Positions 49,709-61,692 of a DNA stretch of 64,000 bases are shown piece by piece. The notes beneath the pieces are model-generated. The model worked only from the letters and a program-made list of their open reading frames with translations, did not search any database and had not been told where the DNA came from. The position numbers were made by a program, and so were the translations under genes. Every line of letters begins with the position of its first letter. Positions within the stretch are counted from its first letter, which is position 1. Source of the stretch: Octopus vulgaris (lineage: Eukaryota); NCBI GenBank assembly GCA_951406725.2, contig OX597814.1, forward strand, positions 126,666,001 to 126,730,000. Reading direction: 5' to 3'.

Positions 49709-50969
49709 AACAACAAACAAGATGAGGGCAAATATCCATTGAATGTAAATAATGTACATAATTCCTCATCTCTTAAATATAGAACTGTAACTAGATGTCC
49801 AATTTGGAGAAACCAACCATGCTGACCTTCACCTCCAGTTGAAAACAGAGGCAACATAGAGAAGGATAACATTTTGGTTGACTTACAATAGATATAATTA
49901 TAAGCATTGTTTATTTATGATGACCACTAAGAATAATAATTAAACTAAATATAATTTCCATTTTAGAGCATACTTTATATGCATATAACACTAAGGCTCA
50001 TTAAACTGACTTTATTAGCAATTTATAGTATATTTTATAATTATATATACTGTATGCTGGTTGCTTAGAGGCTGCCATGTGTAAACAATGCTTGTTGGCA
50101 GACATTTTACATTTTGTTTATCACTTCTATTATATATCAGAGATGAAGGTCAGCTTCATTGGCTTTTCAAAACACATGTCTCCTACAAGTATGGCATGTG
50201 CATGTGTATTCACTACCATCTTGGTGGGTGTGTACTCATCAGATTCTATTTGTTTGTTTGCAGTCAACCGCAAAAGTTTGCTTGGGCTTCTTGATATGTG
50301 TGCACGGATTGTAAACAAAAATCTTAGCATTTATACAAATTGTTTTTTGTTTACAGTCCTCTACAAGAACATACCCAGGCTGCTTGTTGTTCAGTAGACT
50401 GAAAGAATTTTACCTTATTTGGAAACAGTTGAGTATTGGTATCAGATAGATGACCCTGCCATAGAAAATTCCTCAACAAAGTCATTTTTGGCTCCTGCAA
50501 GCATGGAAAAGTAGACATTAAAATGTCAATGATTATGATGATGATGATGATGATTTATGTGTGTGCATGGTTACAAAATAACAAGCAGTAAGCATATATA
50601 CTGGATTGTAAAAATCATCCTGGAAGTACCTTTTAAACGTTTGTTGTGTAGCGTGGATTCGAACTTGCATTGCCACATTACAAATATCAAGTCATAACAT
50701 AACAACAGCTTGACCACATGTGCAGCTGATTTATTATTCAAACCAGTGGCTGGTGTTCACATGATAGCTTCCTTAAACATCGCCTATAAATAGAATTGAT
50801 TCTGAGTGTAATTTCCAGAGTGTTGATGACATCAGGGCAGAACATTGTCTCCTATCTCACCAAACTTCAGTGTGTTCTTGAGTGCATTATGAATAGAAAC
50901 TCCTTTGCAATCATTCTAATGCCTATGTGCTCAACTCATATTCGATCATAAGGCAGACGTGACACCACT

Positions 50970-51766
50970 TTACTTCTCTTACACTCTTGCTTGATGGGAC
51001 TGGTGTAATCCCAGGTTGATGGTCCCAGAGGTGTCACTGTGCTTAGAGCCAAAAAGGTCCACTAGTGCCCCCCATCCCCTTGCTGGTGGTCCCATGCCAT
51101 CCCACTGCATCCTTCAAGATGACATCAAGCATCTTCAGATCTTCTTTAGTCATGTCCAGCCATCTGGTGTGGAGCCTACCACAGGGCCTCCTCCAGATCG
51201 CAGCTGCTGCATTGAATAAAAGCAAGGCCCTGTAGTGTAATCTGGCAGGAGACTGAGTACATATTCATATCGGTGCATGAGGCAGGAGGCTGTAGGCTGA
51301 TGAATGTGTGCATGCAGTTCTTCATAGGAAGGAAACATGATGGTATCAGCTGTTGCTCTCTGTAGTATTGAAGCTGCTGATCACCTTTGCCATGGTTTTC
51401 ATTAGCAACCACATACCTGCTCCATAGAGAATAATGTAGAGGATCAACACATTGTAGATGTGGAGCTTTGTCTTCTGGGAGATGGAGCAATGGTGTCAAA
51501 GGGACTTCCATGTGGAGTGCATGACTACAGAAGCCAGACCATATCTGCATTTGATGTCTGGGGTCAGGCCTCTATTGTTGGTGAGTGTAGAACCCAGGTA
51601 GATGAAGGATCTGACAAACTCCACAACTTCAGGGTCAATATGAAGTGGAGGATGGTCCAGGTCATCACCAGCATTCATCAGTTTGGTCTTCGCCCAACTC
51701 ACCTGAAGACCAAATGTTTGCTGATTCCTCTTGGGGTATGGTCAGTGTGTCCCTCAGCTGGTCAAT
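50970..51766 (-). mobile_element. RTE-like LINE 3' fragment (second family)
   Basis: SWAKTKLM...VEFVRSFIYLGS...DIKCRYGLAS; WRRPCGRLHTRWLD. Confidence 0.8.
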
Positions 51767-51768
51767 TA

Positions 51769-52051
51769 TGTTGCTGAATAGGGTGGTATCTGTGGTGTAT
51801 GCGAGAGATTTGAAATAAAGGTACCTACCTTCTCTTCACTCAAATGGAGACCCTTCAGCGGTATTGGATCCTTCAACACAGCCCGACCCAAACGCTAGAA
51901 ATAGCAGCTGCTTCTCCCAACCATAACAACGTGCTGATGCCGTCTTACCCACTCGGCGACTTGCCTCAAAAAGGCAGAATCCTGCCCTGCCTGCGTGTGC
52001 ATCACTGCTGCCCCTTCCGGTCAGCTCCCCAGCTGCTGACGTTATCCCACA
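51769..52051 (-). mobile_element. Putative 3' LTR of the Gypsy element
   Basis: TG...CA termini (tgttgctg...atcccaca), with purine-rich cagggtggcg immediately upstream on the minus strand. No second LTR is present to confirm. Confidence 0.55.
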
Positions 52052-55000
52052 CGCCACCCTGATCTTAAAGATCACAATCTCTCTACTCCATGTCGCAGTC
52101 CACCATCCAACCGGGAGGGCGCCTTGCGCATCAAGATCTTCTCAAGCTGGGCACCTCATTCTCCCCCTCTCCACAATTGTCTTCCATCGAAGCAACAATC
52201 CTGCTTAGGTCCAAGACATGTCGCGGCATTCCATCCACGGAGATGTTGCTTCTGGAATTGACTGCCGTCACTGTTCCTCTACTCCATTGAGACGTACAGC
52301 ACGCCTTTGGTGGCTTAACCCAGACTTCCTCCCCTATTTTCGTGCAAACGGGTCCCTTCTCTTCCTTGTGGCCCTCCAGCGCTGTACTCGGGTGCCTCCA
52401 TTCATATTTAAATACAGCTCTCTGCGGCACAGATTCTTCAGCTTGTCCGGGTCGGGGAGACAAGTTGTACCAGAAAACTGCTTCAAGCGGCGAAATGTGC
52501 CCTCTTTCCGCTATGGCCTTCACTGTTCGATGGTGCCTCTCTACGATCCCGTTACCGCTCGGCCTATACGCTGCTCTGAACAAGCGGCGCATCTTCCACT
52601 GGTCAAGCATATATTCCTTCAATGCTTCCGAGCGAAACGCCGCCCCGTTCTCCATTAGCAGTTCTTCCACGGGACCTCTCTCTAAAAATATCCCGTTCAA
52701 GATCTGTGCAATCTCATCAGCAATGCCCGTTCTCAACTCCCTCCAAATGGCCAGCTAGCCCGGCCCGCAGTCGACCATGGAGAGATATATTCCCTGACGG
52801 TAGTGCATCACATCCACAGCTAGCCTTTTCCAGTTTTGCTCCACCAAAAGGTTTCCCTGCTCATGCCCACACGGAGCAGGGTCAATGGACTGACACCTGT
52901 CGCAGCTCCCGACCACTTTCCGGATGCTTCTCCTAGTGACGTCAGCATCAATTTTCTTTGCCAGATACAGGGCCCTGTCCACACCCAAGTGATGCATAAC
53001 ATTCTTCACGTTCAGCTTCAGTCCGAACTCAGCAATCAATTCACCTAGAACTCCTAGACGGCGCTTCACCAACATCTCCGTGGCACCTTTCATCCAAACT
53101 TTCCTTTCACTGGTGATCACTGATCCTACCCAGCCAAGCACAGTGGCCGAATTCATCCGGATTTCAATTGTGCGCAGCCCCCATTTCAGGGCCAAGTTCA
53201 CCCCTTTCAGCACCGCATCTAATTCAGCAACATTGATGTGGTTGAAGTCATCTGCTTTCCAAAGCCAGGCCGCGTCCTCCACCACAGCGCCTTCGATCGC
53301 CAACACAACCCCTATCGCTATACTGCTAGCATCACACCAGACAGTCCCGCGTTCCGTCTTGGGCACGTACCAGTTCCCCCTGACTGGGTCTTCCACTCTC
53401 ATCCTCTCTAGGATTTCCTGCATCATCGCCACCGTCCCGTCTCCCACCTTATCGCCCCAACTCTCTCCCTCTGCTCGTCTCTTGGTGTAACTGCATGCCG
53501 TGCGCAGCCATCAAGCGATCGGATAGTGACCGACCAACTTCCCACACACTGAGAACAGCTCTCTCCTGCTGACGCTGGAACTCAGCTCTGGGATTTCATT
53601 CCCTCTCCAGAACACCAACTCACCCGATCTATCTCTTCGCAGCTTCAGCCCCAGTGCGGCTCCCCCTTCCATCGACTCTGGTGGCTTCGCAATCAGTCCG
53701 AACTTCTCCAGATGTCTAACTCGTTGGCTGGCACTACAGCTTCGTCCACCAAAATGTCATCAATGTAGGAGCTGGTGGCCTTTCTAATCTTGCCGTCTTT
53801 CCCTAGGACAGACTTAAGCACTGCCGCCATGATCTTCGGAGCGGAATTCAGCCCGAAACCCAGCCTGGTTAAACAGTACGTCCGGCCTTTGTACCGCACC
53901 AGCTGATATCGCCACAGTTTGTCGCTCACATGGAGCTGCAAGTATACCGATTTCAAGTCGACAATCGTCGCTGTCTTGGTCGACTGTCTCCCTGCACGTA
54001 CAAACGTCCATCGCCTCACCTCCCGTGTGACACGATATATGCTGGTTTAGCTCCCTGAAGTCCAGCACCGGTCTGACTTTTCACTTCGTAGGCTGCACCG
54101 CCACCATCAGGGGTAGCACCCTGCCTGCTACCTCCTCCTCCCAAGGGACAAGGACCCCTTCCTCGATCCACCTCTCCACCTCGTCTTCAAACTCGACCCT
54201 GGCATGGCCTTTCAGGGTATGCTAGTAACAGCTCACTCTGTTTTTCAGCATCAGTGGCTCGTCCTTCCATTGCCACTCTATTGTCCACCGCTGACCATCG
54301 AACGCTGCCTGAAAATCTTTGTCCTCAATGGTGTAAGCGGCGCAGTTCCTCGCGGTGCTCTGCTCTCTCTGGTGATCCTGACTCGCAGTGCACAACGCCC
54401 CCACGCTTCCAAATGTGACCTCATCTCCCACAATACTGACGCCACCGTGGCAGTTGATGGCATCCATCCCCATCACCATATCAACCCCATCTATCACGCG
54501 TTCAGCCACAATTACCTGCAGCCTTAGCGTTGCGCTACGCACCACTATCTCTACCTTGCTGCTGTCTTTGCAACGGATTTCGCTGCCATCAACCGCCCGG
54601 ACGCTACTTGCCCCGTTCCATTTCTTCGTCACCACGAGGACCTTGGACGTCTTCCCCTCGGCCTCCACATCAATTAATGGCAGCATCTCCAAAAGTGCCT
54701 CTACTCGTTTGCGGAGAAAGTTCAAGAGGCATCAACTTCCCCACGGTCGTTTCCCTGGTCGCAATCACGGGCGATGTGCCCTGTCTGCCTGCATCAATAG
54801 CAAATGGGCCCCGGTTGCGTACACTCTCTCGCCATGTGCGATCCCTTACATCTAAAACACCGACCTGAGAACGGCCGCTGTCATTGCACGGTAGGCTTCT
54901 GCATGTCTTTCTCCAACCATCATCCGTCTTTACGCACCTCCGTCACCACCATCGCTATTGCCTTCCACCCAGAGTGTCGCGTCAACACGCAGGCTTGAGT

Positions 55001-55471
55001 CACAAGTTCGCTCAGCGCCATCTTTTTACTTCCAGCCAATTGTTGTAGGTGAATCCCTACATCGTCAGGGAACCCATTTACGAATGCCAGTCGCGCTGCT
55101 CTCTCCAGCCCTTCTCCTGTAAACCCACCCAGCGTCGCTAACCTTCGAACTTCTGCCCCGTATTCGTCCACCTGTCCTCCCGTCCATCTGATCATACCCA
55201 GCTTAGCAAAAGTTGTGTACTCACACTCTGTGTAGGCATCCCTCAGACGTTGCTCTATCTTTTCTTCACTCAGACATTCTTCCTTGTCCATCTCAAGATA
55301 TAGCGTCAACGCGCTCCCTTCCAAATACAGCGCCATATGACTTGCCACATCGCTTATACCTTGCAGTCTTGCCACCAGCCTGATTTTACACATCCAGGCC
55401 ACTACATCACCTTCACCATTAAAGGGTCTGATGATGTCGCTGGCGATCCTGATTTTCGCTCAGGTCTTCAT
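51769..55471 (-). mobile_element. Gypsy LTR retrotransposon (gag-PR-RT-RNase H-IN), decayed, 5' LTR absent
   Basis: Gag IIRPFNGEGDVVAW...LYLEG; knuckles CFRCKGSHMAREC and CY*CRQTGHIARDC; RT LDFRELN, RLGFGLNSAP, YIDDILV; RNase H WCDAS, HINVAEL; IN HHLG..CDRC, LAVD, NGIVERHHRTVK. Integrase after RNase H is the Gypsy domain order. Confidence 0.95.
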
Positions 55472-55630
55472 TGTTGATGAGTGTAGAACAGGTAGATGAA
55501 GGAGCTGACAAACTCCTCATTGTCAGTGTCAATATGGAGTGGGGGATGGCTCCTGTCATCACTAACATGCATTTGTTTGGCCTAATTTTGCTGATTCCTC
55601 TTGGGGTCAATGTGTCCTTGAGCTGGTCAA
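55472..55630 (-). repeat. Diverged LINE fragment repeating 51577-51766
   Basis: gagtgtagaac..caggtagatgaagga.ctgacaaactcc ... tttgctgattcctcttggggt ... agctggtcaa in both copies. Confidence 0.8.
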
Positions 55631-56469
55631 CTGTGTTTTTTCATGTGCCACTGGCACAAGTGCAAGTAAGGCGACGCTGGTAATGATCACGCTCAAATGG
55701 TGCTTTTTACATGCCATCAGCATGGAATCCAGTCAGCTGCTCTGGCAATGATCACACTCGGATGGTGCTCTTAGCACTCCACTAGCACAGATGCCAGTCA
55801 TTGAATTTGATTTCGATGTAATGCGTGAACAGCTTTTTATAACAAGTGCAGCATAATTTTGTGGGGTTCTTTTGGTGAGGATTTTATAAACTCTTAAAAA
55901 TTTGTCATCTCTCATTTGCAATGTTTAATTCATGTTCTTATATAAAAGAGAACCTGTGTTTTCCCTCTGCCAGACTGTTAAGTACAGTGAAAGGAATGCC
56001 TACAGAGCACTCAGCAGCCTTACTGACAGAAATGCTATACAAGTTAATCCAAAAAACTCAGACTTCAGTAATATGATGGTGGCATGGTGGGTAAGATATT
56101 AGATAAGTTTTCACATTTGTAACAAGGATGAAAGGTCTGGAACACTTGAGGGGTGCCAGTCTCATCCCTTTACATTAAATTATTTGTCGAAGGAAAACCA
56201 AGACTTCGAATATCTTCAGCAGCATAAATAATATTTATTTTTCTGGATTCGCAATAATATATATATACATATATTTCCTTCAGGGCAAACTGGTAACCAT
56301 GGAGCTAGTCACAGTAGTTAAATGGCGTGAGCCAAATGCTGTCTCGTTCCAGCGTAGAAGGGCTTCTCTACATGTTGGCTTACTTGAGAGAGCTGTGATA
56401 ACGCGTCCGTTCAATTCAGCTGTCCGCTTCGAGAAAGATCGATACAGCAGGAAATCTTGCTGTTGCTAG

Positions 56470-56560
56470 TTCTTTGCGCATGCACATGAGGGAACTTCCG
56501 GCAGCCTCCCGGAAGAAATCCAACTCTGCACATGTGCGCTGAAGACTTCCAAAATGGCAT
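56470..56560 (+). promoter_or_regulatory. Promoter-like motif cluster (NRF1-like x2, inverted ETS pair, YY1/ATG)
   Basis: TGCGCATGCACA 56475; ACTTCCGG 56494; CCGGAAG 56509; TGCACATGTGCG 56527; CAAAATGGC 56550. Non-repeat, CpG-retaining context. Confidence 0.5.
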
Positions 56561-58880
56561 CACTACACATTCAAAGCTCAGATACTGCTGGAACCTTCTG
56601 TACCTTTCGTTCTTTTGGGATAGATAAAATAAACACTAGTCAGTTCATAGACACAAGCAAAGCTGTGTAGTTAAGAAGCTTTCTTCTCAACCATGTGACC
56701 TTGGGTTCAGACCCACTGTGTGGGCAAGTTCCTTGTACTATAGCCCAAGGGTGATTGAAGCCTTGTGAATGGATTTGGTAGGTGGCAACTGAAAGAAGCT
56801 CATTGAATGTGTGTGTGTGTGTGAGTACATATACCTTGTCTTCACAAAGTGTGATGATTCTAAGCAAGTATCATCATCATCATCATACAAGCAATGTTGT
56901 TTGCTTCCAATTTTCTAAGAAAAACATGCTTGGCTATGGTAAAATACTGGCTTCAAATTTTGGCACAAGGCCAGCAGTTTTAGGGAAATGGGGAAGTCGA
57001 TTGCTTACTGGTGGTAGAAGGGAGGAGGGGTAGGAGGGAAGAAGAAAGCGGTCATGATGATGATTGTAGAACTGATTGGTATTTATTTATCAAGTGGACA
57101 GTTCCTCTCACATAAAATAACAAGTGACTTGGATCCAAAGATAGACACCAAGAGTAATGAGATTTTAGCTTCACTGAATAAAAGATATTTTAATTTTAAT
57201 GTGAACACATATAATGTCAGCTTCTCTCACAGTCTCATGGAGACATAGTTGTTTGGTGAGCAGTCTAAAGATTTGCTGAATCATTGGTTTATTCAGAGTG
57301 TCTAATTCTTAGATTTAAACGCAACCAATTGTTCTGTGGAGTTAACAATACAGTTTACAAGGATAAAATTAAATTTGGTATTTAAATTTTCTGAGATATT
57401 TTATATTTAACAACCACAAAAATATGACTCAGTGAGAAAAGCAGAAATACAAATGAATTAAATGTATGAATTTGAGGAGTCTTAATGTGGATTTTGTGGG
57501 TAAAAATTACTTCAGTGAGCTTCAAAGACTGGACGTTTGTCTATTATGAGTACAAGAAGCAAGTTGAAATCATCATCATCATCAGCAGCAGCAGCATCTT
57601 TATCATCATTCACCCTCTGTTTTCCATGCTGATATGGGTTGGATAACTTGACAGCTGACAAGTCAAAGAGTTGAGTCATGTGCCAATGTCTTCTTTGGCA
57701 TGGTCTCTTCTACAAATGGATGTCTTTCATAATGCCAACCATTTTATAGAGAGTTCTGAGTGTTGGCACTGATACTAGTGATGACCACCTTGCAATTTAC
57801 AAGGCTAAAGGTCTAAAGTGGCCCCTATAACTGAGGGAGAATAGAAGGAAGAGAAGAAAATGATCTGAGGTGGAGGGATGAGTGATAGCAACTAAGGGAA
57901 GAAGATGGCAGGGAACAAGGGAGAAAGAAGGGATTAGTGACGGGGTTGAGAAAAAAAGAAGGATAGAGTTGAAAAGTAGAGTCTAGGGCTATTATAAGGA
58001 ATGAGTTTGGACAGGTGTGAGGGAAAGAGTGGCAAGCTGGTAGAATTGTTAGCACACCTGGCGAAATGCTTAGCAGTATTTCGTCTGCCGTTACGTTCTG
58101 AGTTCAAATTCTGCCAAGGTCGACTTTGCCTTTCATCCTTTCAGGGTCGATAAATTAAGTACTAGTTATGCACTGGGGTCGATGTAATCGACTTAATCCC
58201 TTTGTCTGTCCTTGTTTGTCCCCTCTATGTTTAGCCCCTTGTGGGCAATAAAGAAATAAGATGTGAGGGAAAGGGAACAGTAGTCTAAAGTAGAAAGGAA
58301 TCTTGGGAGAGTCATTGAAGAAAGAAATGAGAGATGAGGGGTTTGTGGGCTGGATCAGAGGTGAAAAGATAATAAACGGTGTTAAGAAAGCAAAGAAGCT
58401 GTGGGAGAGAGCAAGCAGTGAGAGAAAAGTAAGTAAGGGATGAAAACAAGAGATAGGTGCTGAAGGGTCCCATATAGGTAAGAGGAAGAACAGAGTGTGA
58501 ATGTAACAAAAAGAATCCTAGATAAAGAAGCAGTGAGAGGAGGGAGAGATGGAGAAGATCTTTAAAAAGTTTGTCTGACCAATGTATTTCAATGAAAGAA
58601 TATATATATTGCAAACATGCTTCATTAAATAATTGTTACAATAAAGCAAGATAAAATCAAATAGGTTCAACCAACAATAATGAGGTGATGGCAGAGACAA
58701 ACATATAAGCTTGTTAAAATAGAATTAGACATGGTGAGAGAATATTTGACAACTAGTAGTCAAAATAGTCAACAAACTGAATTCTCAGAGACCACAACAG
58801 AAAGTGAGGGACGAGTTAAATAAATTTTGAATTGTAATGTAGGTGGAAATTGAGTGGAAGCACATCATATATATGTATGT

Positions 58881-59437
58881 ATTGTCAGGTCACTTTCGAG
58901 TGCTACTGGTAACATGTAATCCAGTAGAACCTGTTGCATGGTCGGGTCGTCGACGACTAAACCGGCAACCCCACTAAGCTTGCTTGGTGAGGAGGGTGTT
59001 TATTGAATACCCTGCGGGATGAAAAACAAAACCCATCAAAGGGCGGAGGAACTCTTGAGAGTCAATGGCCATCCAATAAATGTCTTAAAGCTGTATCATG
59101 CACGGGGACATAGAAATAATCGGACTGAATACCCAATCGCGCGGTTAAGCCATTGGGAGTGAAGGACTCCTAGCCTTTGTTAGGGCATCCTTCTAGGAGA
59201 AGGTAACTCAGGAAACTGGGATAACTCCGACATAAAACCTGCAGCTCAGTGGTTATCGATGATGTTGACTTGTTCTTCTTTTCGGATTATGGCTGCTGTT
59301 GCTTAGTGAGTGGGATTGACTCAGTGCACAGCCTTTCCTCACTTTAAAAAAAAATCTTCTTGCACAGGCATTGCACGATAACAACATTGATTAAGCTTTG
59401 TGCAATGGCCATACTCGATAACGAGGGGGCAGCCACC
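58881..59437 (+). mobile_element. Non-autonomous RTE-derived retroposon (5' UTR-like head + RTE/Bov-B-like tail)
   Basis: agggcatccttctaggagaaggtaactc resembles RTE 5' UTRs. Tail ggccatactcgataacgagggggcagccaccat resembles the 3' end at ~36950-36990. atgtatgt occurs on both flanks. Confidence 0.6.
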
Positions 59438-59514
59438 ATGTATGTGTGTTTAATACTTCGTTTTGTTTTTTATGTATTTAAAAAAAAAAAGAATAATATT
59501 TTAGAGAAGCAAAA

Positions 59515-59797
59515 AATCGGTGGGCGTTTTCTGTCTTCTCCCATCAATATCATCCTTTTTTATGGAACAAACTGCCGGCATCAGTTGTTAGTTGTCGGAG
59601 CACTGCATCCTTCAAAACTTCCATGCTTTCTTAGATTCGTCAACACTACACCTGATTTTCTCCCCTCCATACACACACAAGCATGTATCTGACTCATACA
59701 CTGTTCACTTTCCAGACATTTGTACATTACTGCATATGCCTTGACAAGTTGTCGTGCTCCTGAGCACTGTATACAATAATTTCATTATTATTATTAT
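59515..59797 (+). mobile_element. CR1-type LINE 3' end
   Basis: WNKLPASVVSCRSTASFK motif, 3' UTR, (ATT)n tail. A similar tail lies at ~43045-43190. Confidence 0.75.
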
Positions 59798-60096
59798 TTC
59801 ATCATTCATCTCATTAATGTTTTTGTCCAGCCTGCAGGCTACTCTGTGTCATGCCTTTATGGCAAAATTTTGAAATAATGTATGTATGTATGTACGAATG
59901 TATATCATCATAATTTAACATTAGCTTCCAATGCTAGTATGGGTTGGACAGTGAGACAGGAGCTGGCAAGCCGGAAAGCTGCACCAAGCTCCAAAGCCTG
60001 TTTTGGCATGGCTTCTATGGCTGGATTCCCTTCCTAATGCCAACCACTTTGCAGAATGTACTGGATGCTTTACATATGGTGCCAGTATGTATGTAT

Positions 60097-60442
60097 GTCA
60101 TTGTTCAGTTTTATTTCAAGATTTCTTGCCAATATAGAAAGAGCCGGTTTCTAACCTAGATCCAAGGCTCCTTCATTGGAATTTCAACATCAACAACAGG
60201 GTATGTATGTATGTATGTATGCAGATTTCTATGTTTTGCTTTATGTATGTATTCTCATGTATATAGACATGCTCATATATATTTAAATGATAAACTTCTG
60301 GAAAGTTTTACAGTATGTATATATTTATGTATGTATGTATGTCATTATTCAGTTTTTTTCAAGATTTCTTGCCAATAAAGAACTGGTTTCTAACCTAGAT
60401 CCAAGGTTCCTTCATTGGAATTTCAACATCAACAACAGAGTA
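60097..60442 (-). repeat. Two copies of a ~105-bp element in (TATG)n
   Basis: gtcatt.ttcagttt..ttcaagatttcttgccaat...tttctaacctagatccaagg..ccttcattggaatttcaacatcaacaacag at 60097-60201 and 60341-60442. Confidence 0.85.
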
Positions 60443-60523
60443 TGTATTATGTATGTATGTATGTATGTATGTATGTGTGTGTATGTATGCTTGTATGTAT
60501 ATATGTATGCATGTATGTATATA

Positions 60524-61033
60524 GGCGCAGAAGTGGCTGTGTGGTAAGTAGCTTGCTTACCAACCACATGGTCCTGGGTTCAGTCCCATTGCGTGGCATC
60601 TTGGGCAAGTGTTTTCTGCTATAGCCTCGGGCCAACCAAAGCCTTGTGAGTGGATTTGGTAGATGGAAACTGGAAGAGGCCTATCGTGTATATATATATA
60701 CATATATGTATGTATATATATATATATACATATATGTATGTATACATACATACATACATATATGTATATATATATATATATATATATACATATATGTATG
60801 TATGTATGTATGTATGTGTATATGTTTGTGTGTTTATGTTTGTCCCCTAACATCGCTTGACAACCGATGCTGGTGTTGTTTACATCCCCGTAACTTAGTG
60901 GTTCGGCAAAAGAGACCGATAGAATAAGTACTATGCTTACAAAGGATAAGCTGTAGGGTCGATTTGCTCAACTAAAGGTGGTGCTCCAGCATGGCCATAG
61001 TCAAATGACTGAAACAAGTAAAAGAGTAAAAAA
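60524..61033 (+). mobile_element. Full-length SINE family B
   Basis: ggcgcagaagtggctgtgtggtaag head, gggttcagtccc B box, cttgggcaagtg CORE-like segment, internal SSR, aagagtaaaa tail. Confidence 0.88.
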
Positions 61034-61692
61034 GTGTTTATTTGTTTACAAACCTGTAAAAGAGACCAATAGAGTTAGTGTCAAGCTTAGAAGTGAGCAC
61101 TGGGGTTGATTTGTTCAACAAAACAATTCAGTCTGCTGACTGAAACAAATAAAAGTTAAAGATCAGAAACTTAAAACCAAAAGTTTATGAAGAAATAAAA
61201 ACAGTGTTTTAACCCTGCAATGAGAAAGCAATAACTAAGCACATTGAATTGAATACACATTCACAACAGTTTCAAACACACACACACTTTGCATTTATAT
61301 ACACCCTCAGACAATATTCACACACATTCAGTCTCTCATAAATTCGATGTGCTTTCCTTTCTAAATATAATTTTTCACAGATTTCTTTATATTTTCTTTT
61401 TATACATATTTTCTTTTTTTCCAAGATTTTGTAAATTTCTCTCATAAATAATTCTTGTAAATAGTTGGAAAGAAAATTATTGCAATATTTAAGTAATAAA
61501 ATATATTTTAGATTCATAGTAACACAAAAATAAATAATGTTAAGTATAAATATAAGGTCTCAAGTGTGTGGTGTAGTGAATTGAAAAATCCTCAAGGAAT
61601 TAATAGACAAAAACTCTCTCTCTAAGACGTTCTTGAAACAGTATGCAAGTGGGATACTATAAGATAGGTTATTTTTCAAAATTTAGATAATG

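Larger units (their letters stand above)
49255..49789. mobile_element. Fold-back element 2 (same family as 37323-38045)
   Basis: Central perfect palindrome tgccatatgccca|tgggcatatggca (49493-49518). tRNA-like head 49507-49580, (AAT)n, arms to 49255 and 49756, right arm ~33 bp longer. Confidence 0.88.

Noticed and set aside
50141-50320. Two small candidate exons (cag|agatg...caa|gtatgg; cag|tcaacc)
   Set aside because: Weak donors and no recognisable peptide in any frame; cannot be supported without RNA data.
51577-51766. Direct repeats with 55472-55630 as the Gypsy LTRs
   Set aside because: They encode LINE RT C-terminal sequence, lack TG..CA ends and are much more diverged than expected for this element.
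52218-54998. Long + strand ORFs over the Gypsy element
   Set aside because: Antisense shadows of GC-rich gag/pol sequence.
60287-60927. ORFs rich in YI/VC/HT dipeptides (also 7312-7494, 17251-17545, 19635-20145, 34223, 45571, 62538-62909)
   Set aside because: They are translations of (TA)n/(TG)n/(CT)n microsatellites.
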